From: a virus
Lineage: Duplodnaviria; Heunggongvirae; Uroviricota; Caudoviricetes
Length of the DNA: 64,000 nt
IMG/VR virus record: IMGVR_UViG_3300022205_000001
Location: 1 to 64,000 of that record
Reading direction: 5' to 3' (one strand)
Both the position numbers and the translations under genes were made by a program. Under the pieces are notes generated by a model, which saw only the letters and a program-made list of their open reading frames with translations, ran no database searches and was not told the DNA's origin. This document shows, in pieces, positions 8,318-17,899 of this stretch; the stretch's first letter is position 1; each line of letters starts with the position of its first letter.

Positions 8318-9108
8318 GCAATACCCCCGAATCGATCATTGTTTCGTCGCTTTGCCTCCAACAAGAATAACAACACATCCGATACCTCATACTCCTCAAT
8401 CTGCTCAATCCTGACCCCTCGTGAAGCACCTTTTCGAGGATGCAAGAACCACAACGTCACTCCAAGCTTAGGGGTATCACTAATGAACACGGACCCATCA
8501 GCATTGCAGGTTGGACACGTCTTTGGAAGTCCCATCCGTTTCAAACGGGCTTCAGTCAAAATCCAACGATTGATTGCATCATGTCCCAAACCACGGCGAT
8601 GCCGCTCAGAAGCGTTCACTTCCTCCGCGGTTGGCACATATCCCTCAGGCTTCCCACGAGTGAAGTCACCCAATCTACCTGCTGCAACCAGCGCCTCCAC
8701 TTCATCCTGAGTAATCTTATCGTTCCAATGAATGCCCTCAGAATTCATGTGAGGATAAAATGAATTTACCACCTCTTGTGCATCGGGGTGATAACCGTTT
8801 CCACCACAAGAAGGGCATTCTTCTGAATCTCTATTGATATGGAAATAGAAATTCACGCACTCATTCAATTCATCCAACGCCCACGGTCCAAACGCTTTCC
8901 ACGTTTCATGGATTACAGAACTTCTCCAACCATTCTCTTTGTTACCAGAATCCATATAGTCCTCACCTGGACCCCAATAGACATACTCCGGGTTATACTT
9001 AAGAGCTTCCAGTTGCCAGGGGTACGCACCCAATTTACTGGCTTCTTCACGATCACGAGCATCATTTTCATCATATGTTCTCATTTTTCTACCCCCGTTC
9101 AAATTCAC
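8314..9108 (-). CDS. hypothetical protein with two CxxC-x-G zinc-knuckle pairs
   Basis: CPSCGGNG and CPTCNADG motifs; 264 aa ORF. Confidence 0.5.
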   Translation of the reverse strand: MNLNGGRKMRTYDENDARDREEASKLGAYPWQLEALKYNPEYVYWGPGEDYMDSGNKENGWRSSVIHETWKAFGPWALDELNECVNFYFHINRDSEECPSCGGNGYHPDAQEVVNSFYPHMNSEGIHWNDKITQDEVEALVAAGRLGDFTRGKPEGYVPTAEEVNASERHRRGLGHDAINRWILTEARLKRMGLPKTCPTCNADGSVFISDTPKLGVTLWFLHPRKGASRGVRIEQIEEYEVSDVLLFLLEAKRRNNDRFGGIA

Positions 9109-9433
9109 TCAATGCCAAAGGCAGTCCCTTCAACAACCTTGCAGACTTCACACCAGGTTCTACAGCAAATGCCGTCATTTCAAAATCCACATCCGGCTCA
9201 AAAAATGGCACGACATGAAGATGTTTACCCAGCGCAACTCGTGCGAACGTCCGTAAAGCTTTTTCATCTTGTACAGACAACCAACACAAGTAATTTGATT
9301 GTCGGTGCCATTGTCTAAAGATTACAGGATATGCACAGGCAAATTCCGCCAAGGCATGTTGACTCTGAACCCCCTGGTACCCAGGTGTCATGTCCCGACG
9401 AGTAACCACATATAAATGCTTACACTTTTTCAT
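9089..9433 (-). CDS. peptidyl-tRNA hydrolase, PTH2 family-like
   Basis: KHLYVVTRRDMTPGYQGVQSQHAL vs archaeal/human Pth2 KMVVVIRNDLxMGKGKxAAQxxHA, W..Q..K.VV block, D..E.TAFAVEP vs DAGxTQ..PGT.TxxAIGP; start set to internal Met forming ATGA overlap with upstream gene. Confidence 0.55.
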   Translation of the reverse strand: MKKCKHLYVVTRRDMTPGYQGVQSQHALAEFACAYPVIFRQWHRQSNYLCWLSVQDEKALRTFARVALGKHLHVVPFFEPDVDFEMTAFAVEPGVKSARLLKGLPLALSEFERG

Positions 9434-9807
9434 GATACTTTCAACCACTCCACAATTTCCCCCACCCAATTATACAACCTCTGGTGGTCTACGACCTCTG
9501 TTGAAAGTGAGTCATTCGATTCACGTTTCATTACAAGGACCATTTCTTCCTCTTCAAACACAACAATGAGCGCATAGGCATCCTCCATTGGCTTGAAGAA
9601 GTACAGCGAGACTCCGTTGCCATCACTTTCACGAAGAATGCGCGATGGCATGAGATTTTGGTTCCCAAGTGTAAACAATACTTTCGCTAGGAGCGAACTA
9701 TCCCCTCTCCACAATGCAATAGTTCGTTTCCACAACACCTGCCAATTCAACAATTTCTCCATCATGGTCGTGTAATCCTCAATGTGAGAGATGAATTCGT
9801 TCCCCAC
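9430..9807 (-). CDS. hypothetical protein
   Basis: ORF. Confidence 0.45.
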   Translation of the reverse strand: MGNEFISHIEDYTTMMEKLLNWQVLWKRTIALWRGDSSLLAKVLFTLGNQNLMPSRILRESDGNGVSLYFFKPMEDAYALIVVFEEEEMVLVMKRESNDSLSTEVVDHQRLYNWVGEIVEWLKVS

Positions 9808-9959
9808 TCTTTCGAGACTTCCGCCGCCTCAAGAGCTTCCTGCTTCGTCATAGGACGGCAAGCACCCGTGTTGTCGCATACCTTATAAGGTGCTACTGGC
9901 ACACATGCAGCCGTGACCAGAATCAATAGACACACGATCATACTCTTATACATGATCAT
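9762..9959 (-). CDS. small putative lipoprotein
   Basis: hydrophobic N-terminus ending ...LVTAAC (lipobox-like). Confidence 0.35.
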   Translation of the reverse strand: MIMYKSMIVCLLILVTAACVPVAPYKVCDNTGACRPMTKQEALEAAEVSKEWGTNSSLTLRITRP

Positions 9960-10878
9960 TCTCCTTTGTCCAATTCACAGTTTTCAACAACCCTTCGACC
10001 AATGACACCTTCGGACTCCACTTTACATTATCATGTATCTTTTGCGATGATAACAGACTTCGCATTTGCTCACCTGGTTTGGCCTGAGTATACACAGGTT
10101 CACACTCCACTCCAATAGTCTGCGCCAAAAGAGCATGTAGACTCTTGATTGTCGTTCCCTTCCCTGTTCCAACATTGTAAGGACCTGGGACCGGGCATCG
10201 TTCAACCACTGCGGCAATCGCATCTACTACATCACTCACATACACAAAATCGCGCACCTGCTCACCAGTGCCATAGATTGTTGTTTGAATGCCGTTGAGT
10301 AGTTGATTGATAAAAATGGCAATGACCCCGGCCTCACCATGTGGATCTTGTCTAGGTCCGTAGACATTCGCAAACCGCAATGACACAACAGGCATACCAC
10401 ACCGCGAATAATACGTACCGTATTGTTCCATGCAATATTTGCTGACCCCATAAGGGGAGGCAGGAAGGATAGGATGGAACTCTTCCATTCCAGTTTTTGA
10501 TAACGGTTCGGAATAAATGGCTCCACCGGAGGATGCCAACACCACTTGTTTACAGCCAAACAAATGTGCCAACCGCAAGACATTAACTGTCCCAAGAATA
10601 TTCGTATAGGCATCATGATGTGGATCTTTTACCGACTCCCTCACACTCACTTGGGCCGCCAAATGAATCACCACATCAGGGCGCCGACAGAGAAATACCT
10701 GGTGCAACCGGGTTTCATCACAGATATCCACATAGTCCACATACACACCTGTGGGGATGTTTTTAAAATTCCCACTGGTCATATTGTCCACCACAGTGAC
10801 CTCGTGTCCCTCGCGCACAAAATACTCGGCCACATGACTCCCAATAAAACCTGCTCCACCTGTTACGAGTACTTTCAT
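9946..10878 (-). CDS. NAD-dependent epimerase/dehydratase (SDR family, GalE/RmlB-like)
   Basis: N-terminal VLVTGGAGFIGSHV Rossmann motif, YxxxK-type SDR architecture, 310 aa. Confidence 0.85.
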   Translation of the reverse strand: MKVLVTGGAGFIGSHVAEYFVREGHEVTVVDNMTSGNFKNIPTGVYVDYVDICDETRLHQVFLCRRPDVVIHLAAQVSVRESVKDPHHDAYTNILGTVNVLRLAHLFGCKQVVLASSGGAIYSEPLSKTGMEEFHPILPASPYGVSKYCMEQYGTYYSRCGMPVVSLRFANVYGPRQDPHGEAGVIAIFINQLLNGIQTTIYGTGEQVRDFVYVSDVVDAIAAVVERCPVPGPYNVGTGKGTTIKSLHALLAQTIGVECEPVYTQAKPGEQMRSLLSSQKIHDNVKWSPKVSLVEGLLKTVNWTKENDHV

Positions 10879-11102
10879 CGTTCATCATCCTTTGTTGGAA
10901 GATCCCCCACTTGTAACAATTGCGACCCCTCTTGTGGGTAGGGTAAGAGAGAACAGCTATCCGTTTCATACCCCCGTCTATCTAGGAACTCACGCACACT
11001 GGCGCAGTCTTGCCACGAGTCATAGGGACCAACCATCACTGGCCACTCTTGTCCAGACACCAGCACACCAAAATAGAATGCTATGATTGGTAGAGAAATC
11101 AT
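10875..11102 (-). CDS. hypothetical protein
   Basis: ORF. Confidence 0.4.
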   Translation of the reverse strand: MISLPIIAFYFGVLVSGQEWPVMVGPYDSWQDCASVREFLDRRGYETDSCSLLPYPQEGSQLLQVGDLPTKDDER

Positions 11103-11113
11103 CCTGTTCCCTC

Positions 11114-11383
11114 TTACCAGGTCCCTTTCCAGGATTCATTGACAAGAAATTTACGTACCGCATTTGGTGTGAGAACCTCAGCACAGGTATCGGGGTTATT
11201 TACCTCGATGGTATCCTGACCGAATGCTCGACCTACGAGCCGAGCCAGGCGCATTCGTTCCTCTTCATTCTTTTCAATAGTGCGATAGGAACTCTTTTCC
11301 CACACATTCACCACGAATTCATCATACACTTGTAGCGCCTGGCGGGTTCGGTCAAATTTCTTACTCATAACTCGTCCGTTCAT
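11114..11383 (-). CDS. hypothetical protein
   Basis: ORF. Confidence 0.45.
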   Translation of the reverse strand: MNGRVMSKKFDRTRQALQVYDEFVVNVWEKSSYRTIEKNEEERMRLARLVGRAFGQDTIEVNNPDTCAEVLTPNAVRKFLVNESWKGTW

Positions 11384-11420
11384 ATGATTCGGCAGTTTTT
11401 GCGTATATGGTACAACCGAT

Positions 11421-11672
11421 TCACTTGATCCTCACCGCGGAATTCATCACGTCCGCGGCATACACGTCTCCTAATTCCCCGTTCGGGCAAATGGGGGTGA
11501 CAACATCACAGAACCACCGAGCATACGGCTTGCGGTCGTCCGCCTGGTACTTCTTCAGGACATACCAGGTCCACGTTCCCGCCTGCCACACCTCATACGC
11601 ATTTTCCCGCTTGACCGTTTTACCACAAGGATTCTTCATAGCCATGATCAACTCCTTTTCTGTTCTTGTCAC
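11421..11672 (-). CDS. hypothetical protein
   Basis: ORF. Confidence 0.45.
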   Translation of the reverse strand: MTRTEKELIMAMKNPCGKTVKRENAYEVWQAGTWTWYVLKKYQADDRKPYARWFCDVVTPICPNGELGDVYAADVMNSAVRIK

Positions 11673-11676
11673 GCGG

Positions 11677-12102
11677 TTATTTCACCACCTGATAGGGGCT
11701 ATCCCACTTGCCGATATTCACACTCAGATACCACCCCACGTCAAAATAATCACTCCGAATATCAGAATTATCGTGGTTCCCCTTGTTCATTACTGTGATG
11801 ATCGTCTTTAGGACTTCCAGGGCTTTACCACTGAAATGCTCATGAAACCAGTAATCATTCACTTGAATATGGGTGGGTGGATTCTTTCGCAATTCCGCGG
11901 CACGTTCAAGTGACCGAACATCATGCGCCTGGCTCATGGTCTCGATCATGTTTTGAATAAAATCGATGGGTCCCTGCTTGATATTGATACACAGGGTTGA
12001 ATGATGATGCACACCGAGGGAATACTTCAAACCGGAACCTTTCAGAACCGTTTTCAATTCCGCCGCAATTTCCTTCTTCTTATCTTGACTCATGTAGGCC
12101 AT
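11677..12102 (-). CDS. hypothetical protein
   Basis: start moved to MAYMSQD Met (AAGGGAG SD) downstream of promoter copy 12130-12170. Confidence 0.5.
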   Translation of the reverse strand: MAYMSQDKKKEIAAELKTVLKGSGLKYSLGVHHHSTLCINIKQGPIDFIQNMIETMSQAHDVRSLERAAELRKNPPTHIQVNDYWFHEHFSGKALEVLKTIITVMNKGNHDNSDIRSDYFDVGWYLSVNIGKWDSPYQVVK

Positions 12103-12129
12103 GTGAATCTCCCTTGTTGATCGTTCATT

Positions 12130-12170
12130 CACTATGATATAAGTCTATCATAATAGGGTAGGGATGTCAA
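12130..12170 (-). promoter_or_regulatory. promoter class 1
   Basis: TTGACA-17-TAGACT; palindrome TATGATA-N6-TATCATA. Confidence 0.55.
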
Positions 12171-12199
12171 CTCCTTCTAAGTGCTTGATTTTCAAGCAC

Positions 12200-12523
12200 T
12201 TATCGCCATCCAAATTCATCGGTCACCTGGTAAAACTGATCCTGGATCTCCGAAAAGTAATCATCCCAGGTCTCACCATGTTCTTCCGTACCCGGAACGG
12301 ACGGCTTATCAGGCATCTGATGCCCAAGAGTTTCTAACACAATCTGTTCTACTTCTTTTCCATCATGTGACTGAAGAAACGCTTTTCCGCCACTATCAAT
12401 ATCCGTGTCACGATACATTTCCATGATCGCCACCAAGGAGTCCCGATTCAGGGTCTTCTGATCATAGCGTTCAATCACTTGTTGCTCAAACAAGGTAAAA
12501 CCTTGATTCCATCCCATGGTCAA
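12200..12523 (-). CDS. hypothetical acidic protein
   Basis: ORF. Confidence 0.5.
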   Translation of the reverse strand: MTMGWNQGFTLFEQQVIERYDQKTLNRDSLVAIMEMYRDTDIDSGGKAFLQSHDGKEVEQIVLETLGHQMPDKPSVPGTEEHGETWDDYFSEIQDQFYQVTDEFGWR

Positions 12524-12544
12524 CTCCTTCTAAGTGCTTGATTT

Positions 12545-12850
12545 TCAAGCAACTATGGCATCCCGCAAATCAGCAATATACGGCGCCAAGCTACCAGGTC
12601 TACGGATAAACTCAACGCCAATGGTCCTATCCTGCACCCACTGCACCTTTGCAAGATCCACCAGCAACGTCTCACGAGACGTTACTATCGCCAGGCGAAT
12701 ATACGTACCTACAACGGCAGGCAAATCCAACACCACCTTCGCCCCACTCTCATGAATATCCAGCAACGTACCCTCACCCATTTCATTGGTGCTGGTCCGA
12801 TACAATACCGGGGCCATTTTCAACACTCGTTCTCTGACTCGATTTTTCAT
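12545..12850 (-). CDS. hypothetical protein (weak PilZ-like RxxxR ... DxxxSG pattern)
   Basis: start at MKNRVRER with AGGGAGGG SD downstream of promoter copy 12866-12906; PilZ resemblance is weak. Confidence 0.45.
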   Translation of the reverse strand: MKNRVRERVLKMAPVLYRTSTNEMGEGTLLDIHESGAKVVLDLPAVVGTYIRLAIVTSRETLLVDLAKVQWVQDRTIGVEFIRRPGSLAPYIADLRDAIVA

Positions 12851-12865
12851 GCTATTGCCCTCCCT

Positions 12866-12906
12866 CACTATGATATAAGTCTATCATAGGGGTCGGAATG
12901 TGTCAA
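12866..12906 (-). promoter_or_regulatory. promoter class 1
   Basis: same 23-mer CACTATGATATAAGTCTATCATA (+ strand) and TTGACA. Confidence 0.55.
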
Positions 12907-12934
12907 GTCCCATAAGTGCTTGATTTATTTGAGT

Positions 12935-13270
12935 TTACCAGGATACCCGTATCACATAATGACCAGGCGGAACCGATAGGGTTGAGGTACACAGTGATTC
13001 AAGTAAACTATACAACCCCACGGCATGAGGCTGCTTACCGTTCACCCATTGAATCCATACATCCCATTTGAATTGGTCAAACTTATCCATCTTACTTCTC
13101 GGTATTGAAGGTAGCCGTTGCACATCCAGCACCACATGGTCGGTATCATTCGACCATCCAAACTGACTCACACAATCAAACTTCCCGTACCACTCAGGCC
13201 ATGTAAAATTCACAATCTCATTCAATTCCCGAAACGTCAGAACATTGAATGGCATTTGCTTGATTTCCAT
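12935..13270 (-). CDS. hypothetical protein
   Basis: ORF. Confidence 0.45.
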   Translation of the reverse strand: MEIKQMPFNVLTFRELNEIVNFTWPEWYGKFDCVSQFGWSNDTDHVVLDVQRLPSIPRSKMDKFDQFKWDVWIQWVNGKQPHAVGLYSLLESLCTSTLSVPPGHYVIRVSW

Positions 13271-13272
13271 GT

Positions 13273-13620
13273 CTAGTTCCTCTCACTATGCTGAAACCAC
13301 CACACCATCGTAAACACAATTTCTTCCCATGCTAACCAGAACAACTCCCGAAATACATCAGCCCGTTCTAAGGTGTCTTTTCCCTTTGCCCATGTTTTCC
13401 TCGCATAGGCCTGTAACCACGCGGCCTCTTCGATCATCCGCAGACCATCAGGCACTTGAGGAAACTCACGCTGCAACCGGGCCCCTTCTTCTTTCATCTG
13501 AATGGATCTGTGATACCATCGAGCAGCATCACGCTTCAGCTTTTTCCCCTCATACTGCAACACCTGGACACGATACGCTCTCCGAATCAATTTCCGAATC
13601 ATAATTCCTCCACCATCCAA
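13273..13620 (-). CDS. hypothetical protein
   Basis: ORF. Confidence 0.45.
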   Translation of the reverse strand: MDGGGIMIRKLIRRAYRVQVLQYEGKKLKRDAARWYHRSIQMKEEGARLQREFPQVPDGLRMIEEAAWLQAYARKTWAKGKDTLERADVFRELFWLAWEEIVFTMVWWFQHSERN

Positions 13621-13859
13621 TCTTCAAGCTTTACCGGCAGTAGAACATTATACCCAGGTTCCATGTGAGTATAGTACCGATCCACCATCCTGGCCCACGT
13701 TGTCAAGTTCGGTTTCTTGAGATAGACTTTCCCTTTCTTTGATAAGTTTGACTTTGTGTATCCTGCGTACCCACTATCATTCTTGAATGCCGACTGGATA
13801 GACCGAGCCGGTATGAAGTACAGCCCCGTAGGAATATGCTTAATTCGATACACAGTCAT
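13599..13859 (-). CDS. hypothetical protein
   Basis: ORF. Confidence 0.4.
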   Translation of the reverse strand: MTVYRIKHIPTGLYFIPARSIQSAFKNDSGYAGYTKSNLSKKGKVYLKKPNLTTWARMVDRYYTHMEPGYNVLLPVKLEDWMVEEL

Positions 13860-13861
13860 GG

Positions 13862-14179
13862 TTACCTCGTTGCTGAGTGAAGGACAATCCAGCCATGTGA
13901 ATATTCAGAAGGTTCACCATCCTGAATCCATTCAATCCTGCACCGCATAGCAGGAGCCGAGAACTTTCTCCAATTCACAGTGCGACCTGTGATTTTTATA
14001 GAAACCGGCAACGTCGGAATAAGTTCCAAGCCGGTGGTCAAACGAAAGGGTGCGCCTTGATAGGATTCATCCACATACGCATCGCCGGGTTGTAGCACTC
14101 CACCAATCCTACTCACCCATCCATCGGGGAGTACGTAGTCACCTAATGTCGGCGTGAAATGTTGTTCCCTATTAGTCAT
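13862..14179 (-). CDS. hypothetical protein
   Basis: ORF. Confidence 0.45.
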   Translation of the reverse strand: MTNREQHFTPTLGDYVLPDGWVSRIGGVLQPGDAYVDESYQGAPFRLTTGLELIPTLPVSIKITGRTVNWRKFSAPAMRCRIEWIQDGEPSEYSHGWIVLHSATR

Positions 14180-14511
14180 TATGACCTCCGATTCTCGGCC
14201 TGTGCCATTGCCGTCTTTGCCGCAGCATACGCCGCGGTCATTTTCTCAGCAAATACAGTCGGCCCGACCCCGTTACCATCAAATGCATCCAAGAACAACC
14301 GTACCGCCTCTTTGAGGGCGGGAGCCGCTTCCAACAGGTATGCCGTTGCAACATCGGCGTCCCGTTCTTCTACCGTCGCATATGTCATAGAAGCAATGAG
14401 GCTCCGTTCATCTGAATCCAGTCTCCAGGCCGGAATACCTTGAACCGTGGTATCTTTTGTCACTGTGAATTGTTCCATGATCAACCCCCTTAGAATCCAA
14501 ACATTGTTCAC
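14179..14511 (-). CDS. hypothetical protein
   Basis: ORF. Confidence 0.45.
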   Translation of the reverse strand: MNNVWILRGLIMEQFTVTKDTTVQGIPAWRLDSDERSLIASMTYATVEERDADVATAYLLEAAPALKEAVRLFLDAFDGNGVGPTVFAEKMTAAYAAAKTAMAQAENRRS

Positions 14512-14723
14512 CGGCGCAGTGAATAGGACAAGACCTCTTCCTCAAGTTTCCGCCCACTTTCAATATCCTGGATTTCATCGGACGTATAACCGCACATGGA
14601 ACATTTCAACAGACCTGTGTTAGGGATCGATCCCGTCCACGAGAAATGCATATGCCGACAAACTTCTTCTCGGACTTCAGGATACAGAGCCAACCGCTTT
14701 TTTATGGGTGTTTTTTCGTCCAT
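14508..14723 (-). CDS. small zinc-ribbon protein
   Basis: CxxH...CxxC pattern; start at internal Met with AGAAAGGGAGAAACAAG SD, downstream of promoter copy 14742-14782. Confidence 0.45.
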   Translation of the reverse strand: MDEKTPIKKRLALYPEVREEVCRHMHFSWTGSIPNTGLLKCSMCGYTSDEIQDIESGRKLEEEVLSYSLRR

Positions 14724-14741
14724 CTTGTTTCTCCCTTTCTC

Positions 14742-14782
14742 CACTATGATATAAGTCTATCATAGTGGGGTAGGTGTGTCAA
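14742..14782 (-). promoter_or_regulatory. promoter class 1
   Basis: same motif; upstream AAAATCAATCACTTA element. Confidence 0.55.
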
Positions 14783-14807
14783 GTGGATATAAAGGTAGGA
14801 AAATCAA

Positions 14808-15149
14808 TCACTTAGGAAGTCCGGCTTCCCGGCGCATCCAGTCCGGCCACGTCTCAATGTCCTTTCGCGCCAACTCAGCTTGCCGCTTGAGCCAGCCCCG
14901 TTTCAATTTGAGATGGCGAGACCAGAATTCTATAATAGAACGACGCCTAGACTCTTCCATCTGGTCAATAATGGTCTGGTAGTACTGTTTCAATTCCCAA
15001 CCGATCACTCGATCACGAAGGGATTTGAAATACGAAATGTCTCTCTCTTGCGCGGTCATCACGTACTCCATCGTCACACCTCCATTGATCAATTGCCACT
15101 CCACCAAACACTCCACCAAATAGCTTGGTAGGAATGCGTCTTCATCCAC
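14808..15149 (-). CDS. hypothetical protein
   Basis: ORF. Confidence 0.45.
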   Translation of the reverse strand: MDEDAFLPSYLVECLVEWQLINGGVTMEYVMTAQERDISYFKSLRDRVIGWELKQYYQTIIDQMEESRRRSIIEFWSRHLKLKRGWLKRQAELARKDIETWPDWMRREAGLPK

Positions 15150-15481
15150 TCCGTCAATGCCTTCTCTACATCCGAATAGGTATAGGCCGGGTCACCATAG
15201 GCATGATGCTGTTCAATACGCTCGATGAACGACACCGCCCGATCTGGGCTTGAGAACCATGTATCATAGAACCCCGCCTTATTGTGGTGGGCAATATGAC
15301 CATACATGTTCGACAAACGATGATAGAACCACTTTGGAAACACCGAATACTTGAACCCACCCGTCACGAACCGAACAAAATGGTTCGCAAACTTCGCCTT
15401 GTCTTCCGCACTGTTCCACTCGGTGGGCGTGAATTGTGATGCATGAAATACTGGTTTCATGATCTTACAGGCTCCTTTCAT
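15089..15481 (-). CDS. hypothetical protein
   Basis: ORF (start may be internal). Confidence 0.45.
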   Translation of the reverse strand: MKGACKIMKPVFHASQFTPTEWNSAEDKAKFANHFVRFVTGGFKYSVFPKWFYHRLSNMYGHIAHHNKAGFYDTWFSSPDRAVSFIERIEQHHAYGDPAYTYSDVEKALTEWMKTHSYQAIWWSVWWSGN

Positions 15482-15713
15482 ACTTACGAATGGACCGACT
15501 CATACCATCAATCGCCGCTTTGAATTGATAGAACCACCCTGTATCCTGGTCAGTGATATCCTGCTCGACCAGGCGCGAATACTCCATCAAATTCCGGGCG
15601 TTTTTCAATAGATTGTCTGTCAATTCCACTTGTGACATGATCATTCCTTTACTTGGTTCGGAAGTACAACACATAGACCCGGGTATCCGTTTCAAAACTG
15701 ACACCCCAAACAT
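15465..15713 (-). CDS. hypothetical protein
   Basis: ORF. Confidence 0.4.
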   Translation of the reverse strand: MFGVSVLKRIPGSMCCTSEPSKGMIMSQVELTDNLLKNARNLMEYSRLVEQDITDQDTGWFYQFKAAIDGMSRSIRKYERSL

Positions 15714-15930
15714 ACCGTTTCACGTCAGCACCACTCGCAATCGCCTTGTTGATCTTATTGACCATCAGCTTGACCGTCCGGTCGTTGACTTCATCCGCCG
15801 TCACCGTATAACCACGGTCCTTGCTGGCCCATGCACGATGGCGCGAAGCATATGCGTATTTTCCTCGGCACCCACAGGCGCACCCAGGTTTTCCACTGTA
15901 TACGCTGGAAACGTTGTCAATCTCGATCAT
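15649..15930 (-). CDS. hypothetical protein
   Basis: start set to MIEIDNV Met (AAGGGAG SD) downstream of class-2 promoter 15948-15989. Confidence 0.4.
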   Translation of the reverse strand: MIEIDNVSSVYSGKPGCACGCRGKYAYASRHRAWASKDRGYTVTADEVNDRTVKLMVNKINKAIASGADVKRYVWGVSFETDTRVYVLYFRTK

Positions 15931-15947
15931 GTGATTGCTCCCTTCGT

Positions 15948-15989
15948 TCATCATATTAAGAGTATAACAGAAGGGCAGGAACGTGTCAA
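15948..15989 (-). promoter_or_regulatory. promoter class 2 (TTGACA-17-TATACT)
   Basis: near-identical to 112-157. Confidence 0.5.
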
Positions 15990-16024
15990 GTCCTCTAAGT
16001 GCTTGATTTATAAAGGGTTATTAT

Positions 16025-16540
16025 TTAGTTATCGAACCAGAACACCACTCGTGCCTTATATTCTCCACTTCGCGTCAAGGCGAACAGTGCCGCATGAATC
16101 GCCTGGTATGGCGCAGGGGCCGGCACCTTTGTTAGTTCTTGATATCTCTTCAACACCTCTAGCAGTTCATCCGCGGTCAACCAGGAAAACGTATGCCAAT
16201 CAGGATTGGTAATCATGGTACGAACCTGATCAAGGTAGCGACTATACCCCTTCTGTACCCACTTTTCAGCATCCTCTCGTGAGCAACGGCGGTCGTGCCC
16301 CCGCGCGGCACCTTCATCATCAATCACAAAGGATACCGCGTCAGTCGTTTGCCAGGACACGGTTTCAGGCAATCCTCGCCGAGGAAACAATCCCTGAGCA
16401 TGATACGCACGAACCCCTGCCAGCAACGCAAACATCAAATAGTTTCGCCCAGGATTGAATCCAGACCCACTAAACGACGACCACCACCGATCCGTATAAT
16501 GATACGTATACTCAATCACACAATGAATATCACACCCCAT
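16025..16540 (-). CDS. hypothetical protein (171 aa)
   Basis: ORF. Confidence 0.5.
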   Translation of the reverse strand: MGCDIHCVIEYTYHYTDRWWSSFSGSGFNPGRNYLMFALLAGVRAYHAQGLFPRRGLPETVSWQTTDAVSFVIDDEGAARGHDRRCSREDAEKWVQKGYSRYLDQVRTMITNPDWHTFSWLTADELLEVLKRYQELTKVPAPAPYQAIHAALFALTRSGEYKARVVFWFDN

Positions 16541-16543
16541 GAT

Positions 16544-16900
16544 CTACTCCTCCCTGATTTCTTTCGCGTTATCGAAAATTTGCAGGAACTTGTTCCCATC
16601 ACAATGGGTATCCACTAGGATCATCGTATACTCCGGTCCCCGATAGACCCACTTCGGAAGAAACCGTTGCCGATAGATTTCGTTGGCATAACACTCACCT
16701 TCTTCTGTAATCACATTGCCTTGTGATTTAGCAAACATCACAGAACGTTCCTCGGCGTCCACTTTCCAATAATACTGGGTGGCATCATCAAATGGGAACA
16801 CACACCAGTCTTCCAGGTATCCAAAGTACCGAAAAATGTCCTGGCGAATCGCCTGTTCCTGTTTCAACAATTCCATCTTACTTCCTCCACCACAAGGCAC
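16544..16900 (-). CDS. hypothetical protein
   Basis: ORF. Confidence 0.45.
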   Translation of the reverse strand: MPCGGGSKMELLKQEQAIRQDIFRYFGYLEDWCVFPFDDATQYYWKVDAEERSVMFAKSQGNVITEEGECYANEIYRQRFLPKWVYRGPEYTMILVDTHCDGNKFLQIFDNAKEIREE

Positions 16901-16957
16901 CCATGTTTAACAGCGCAAACAACACCAGAAACACATACAGCACGGCAACTTCTTGTG

Positions 16958-17287
16958 TCATGATCCTCCCCACTGATCAAACTCGGTAAACTCAATCCCT
17001 TCATACTCATACTCTGCCCGTTGCAACAACAGGTCCAGTGCGCCCCACCCATTCCGCGTTTCGACAAGGCGCTTGATCTTCGCCATCTGTGCCAGGGATA
17101 CATCACAGTCATACCACTCTTCCTCTAGTCGCCTGGCCACGACCGCTAACGCGATACCCTGCACATCTTCAAGATCCCGGCAGAGATAATGATACGTCTC
17201 ATGCTTCTCCTTCACAAGACAGAGCAACGGAAACCGGTCGGGAGTATACTTCCGGGTAAACCATTTCTCATACATAGACGCCATCAT
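16958..17287 (-). CDS. hypothetical protein
   Basis: ORF. Confidence 0.45.
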   Translation of the reverse strand: MMASMYEKWFTRKYTPDRFPLLCLVKEKHETYHYLCRDLEDVQGIALAVVARRLEEEWYDCDVSLAQMAKIKRLVETRNGWGALDLLLQRAEYEYEGIEFTEFDQWGGS

Positions 17288-17643
17288 CGATATCCTTTCT
17301 TTTCATAGAGGTCATAGACCTTTTTGATCCACTCTTCCGACAACGGGCGATCCATCCGCGCAAACACCTCACACAACTTTTCCCACTCTTCATAGGCCAG
17401 CGTCGGGCCCGGACCATACGAGGAACCATACGAGGGGCCATAATACGGTCGATAGGGTGGGGTGTCCTGTAGAGGTTTCGGTTTTGGAGGTTCAGGTTTC
17501 GGGGGGGCTTGCGCCTGTGAGAGCCTGGCTTGCAAGGCCTTGATCTTCTCAAGGGCCAGGCGAGCTTCATCAGGGGTCGCACCGCGGGACACCGTGACCG
17601 CAGACAGCTTGGTAATCAGAATACGGATTTTTGCCGGTGTCAT
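17284..17643 (-). CDS. hypothetical Pro/Tyr-rich protein
   Basis: ORF with PKPEPPKPKP and YGPSYGSSYGPGP low-complexity tract. Confidence 0.45.
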   Translation of the reverse strand: MTPAKIRILITKLSAVTVSRGATPDEARLALEKIKALQARLSQAQAPPKPEPPKPKPLQDTPPYRPYYGPSYGSSYGPGPTLAYEEWEKLCEVFARMDRPLSEEWIKKVYDLYEKKGYR

Positions 17644-17644
17644 C

Positions 17645-17899
17645 CTAGACCTTCTTTCTGATCGTCAGATCCATGACCGGCGCCAAGCCATTCTCCTCAT
17701 AGATCTTCTGCCACATATCCCTCGCCGCAATGGCCTGTTTCTCAGTCTTATAGGACGAGACTTTCCGAAATGTATACTCACCAGAGAGATTGGTTCTGAT
17801 TAGCTGATACGGTAGCTTGCGTGACATCGTCGATTTCCCCTTTCCTGCCATCCATAGGACCAGTTCACCCCGCTTGAATCCAGAGGGAATACGTCTCAT
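17645..17899 (-). CDS. hypothetical protein
   Basis: ORF. Confidence 0.4.
   Translation of the reverse strand: MRRIPSGFKRGELVLWMAGKGKSTMSRKLPYQLIRTNLSGEYTFRKVSSYKTEKQAIAARDMWQKIYEENGLAPVMDLTIRKKV

Noticed and set aside
12155-12200. TGCTTGA in the upstream element AAGTGCTTGAT resembling a T4 MotA box (TGCTTtA)
   Set aside because: It is in plus-strand orientation while all promoters and genes are minus-oriented, and it lies upstream of -35 rather than replacing it. This is probably coincidental.
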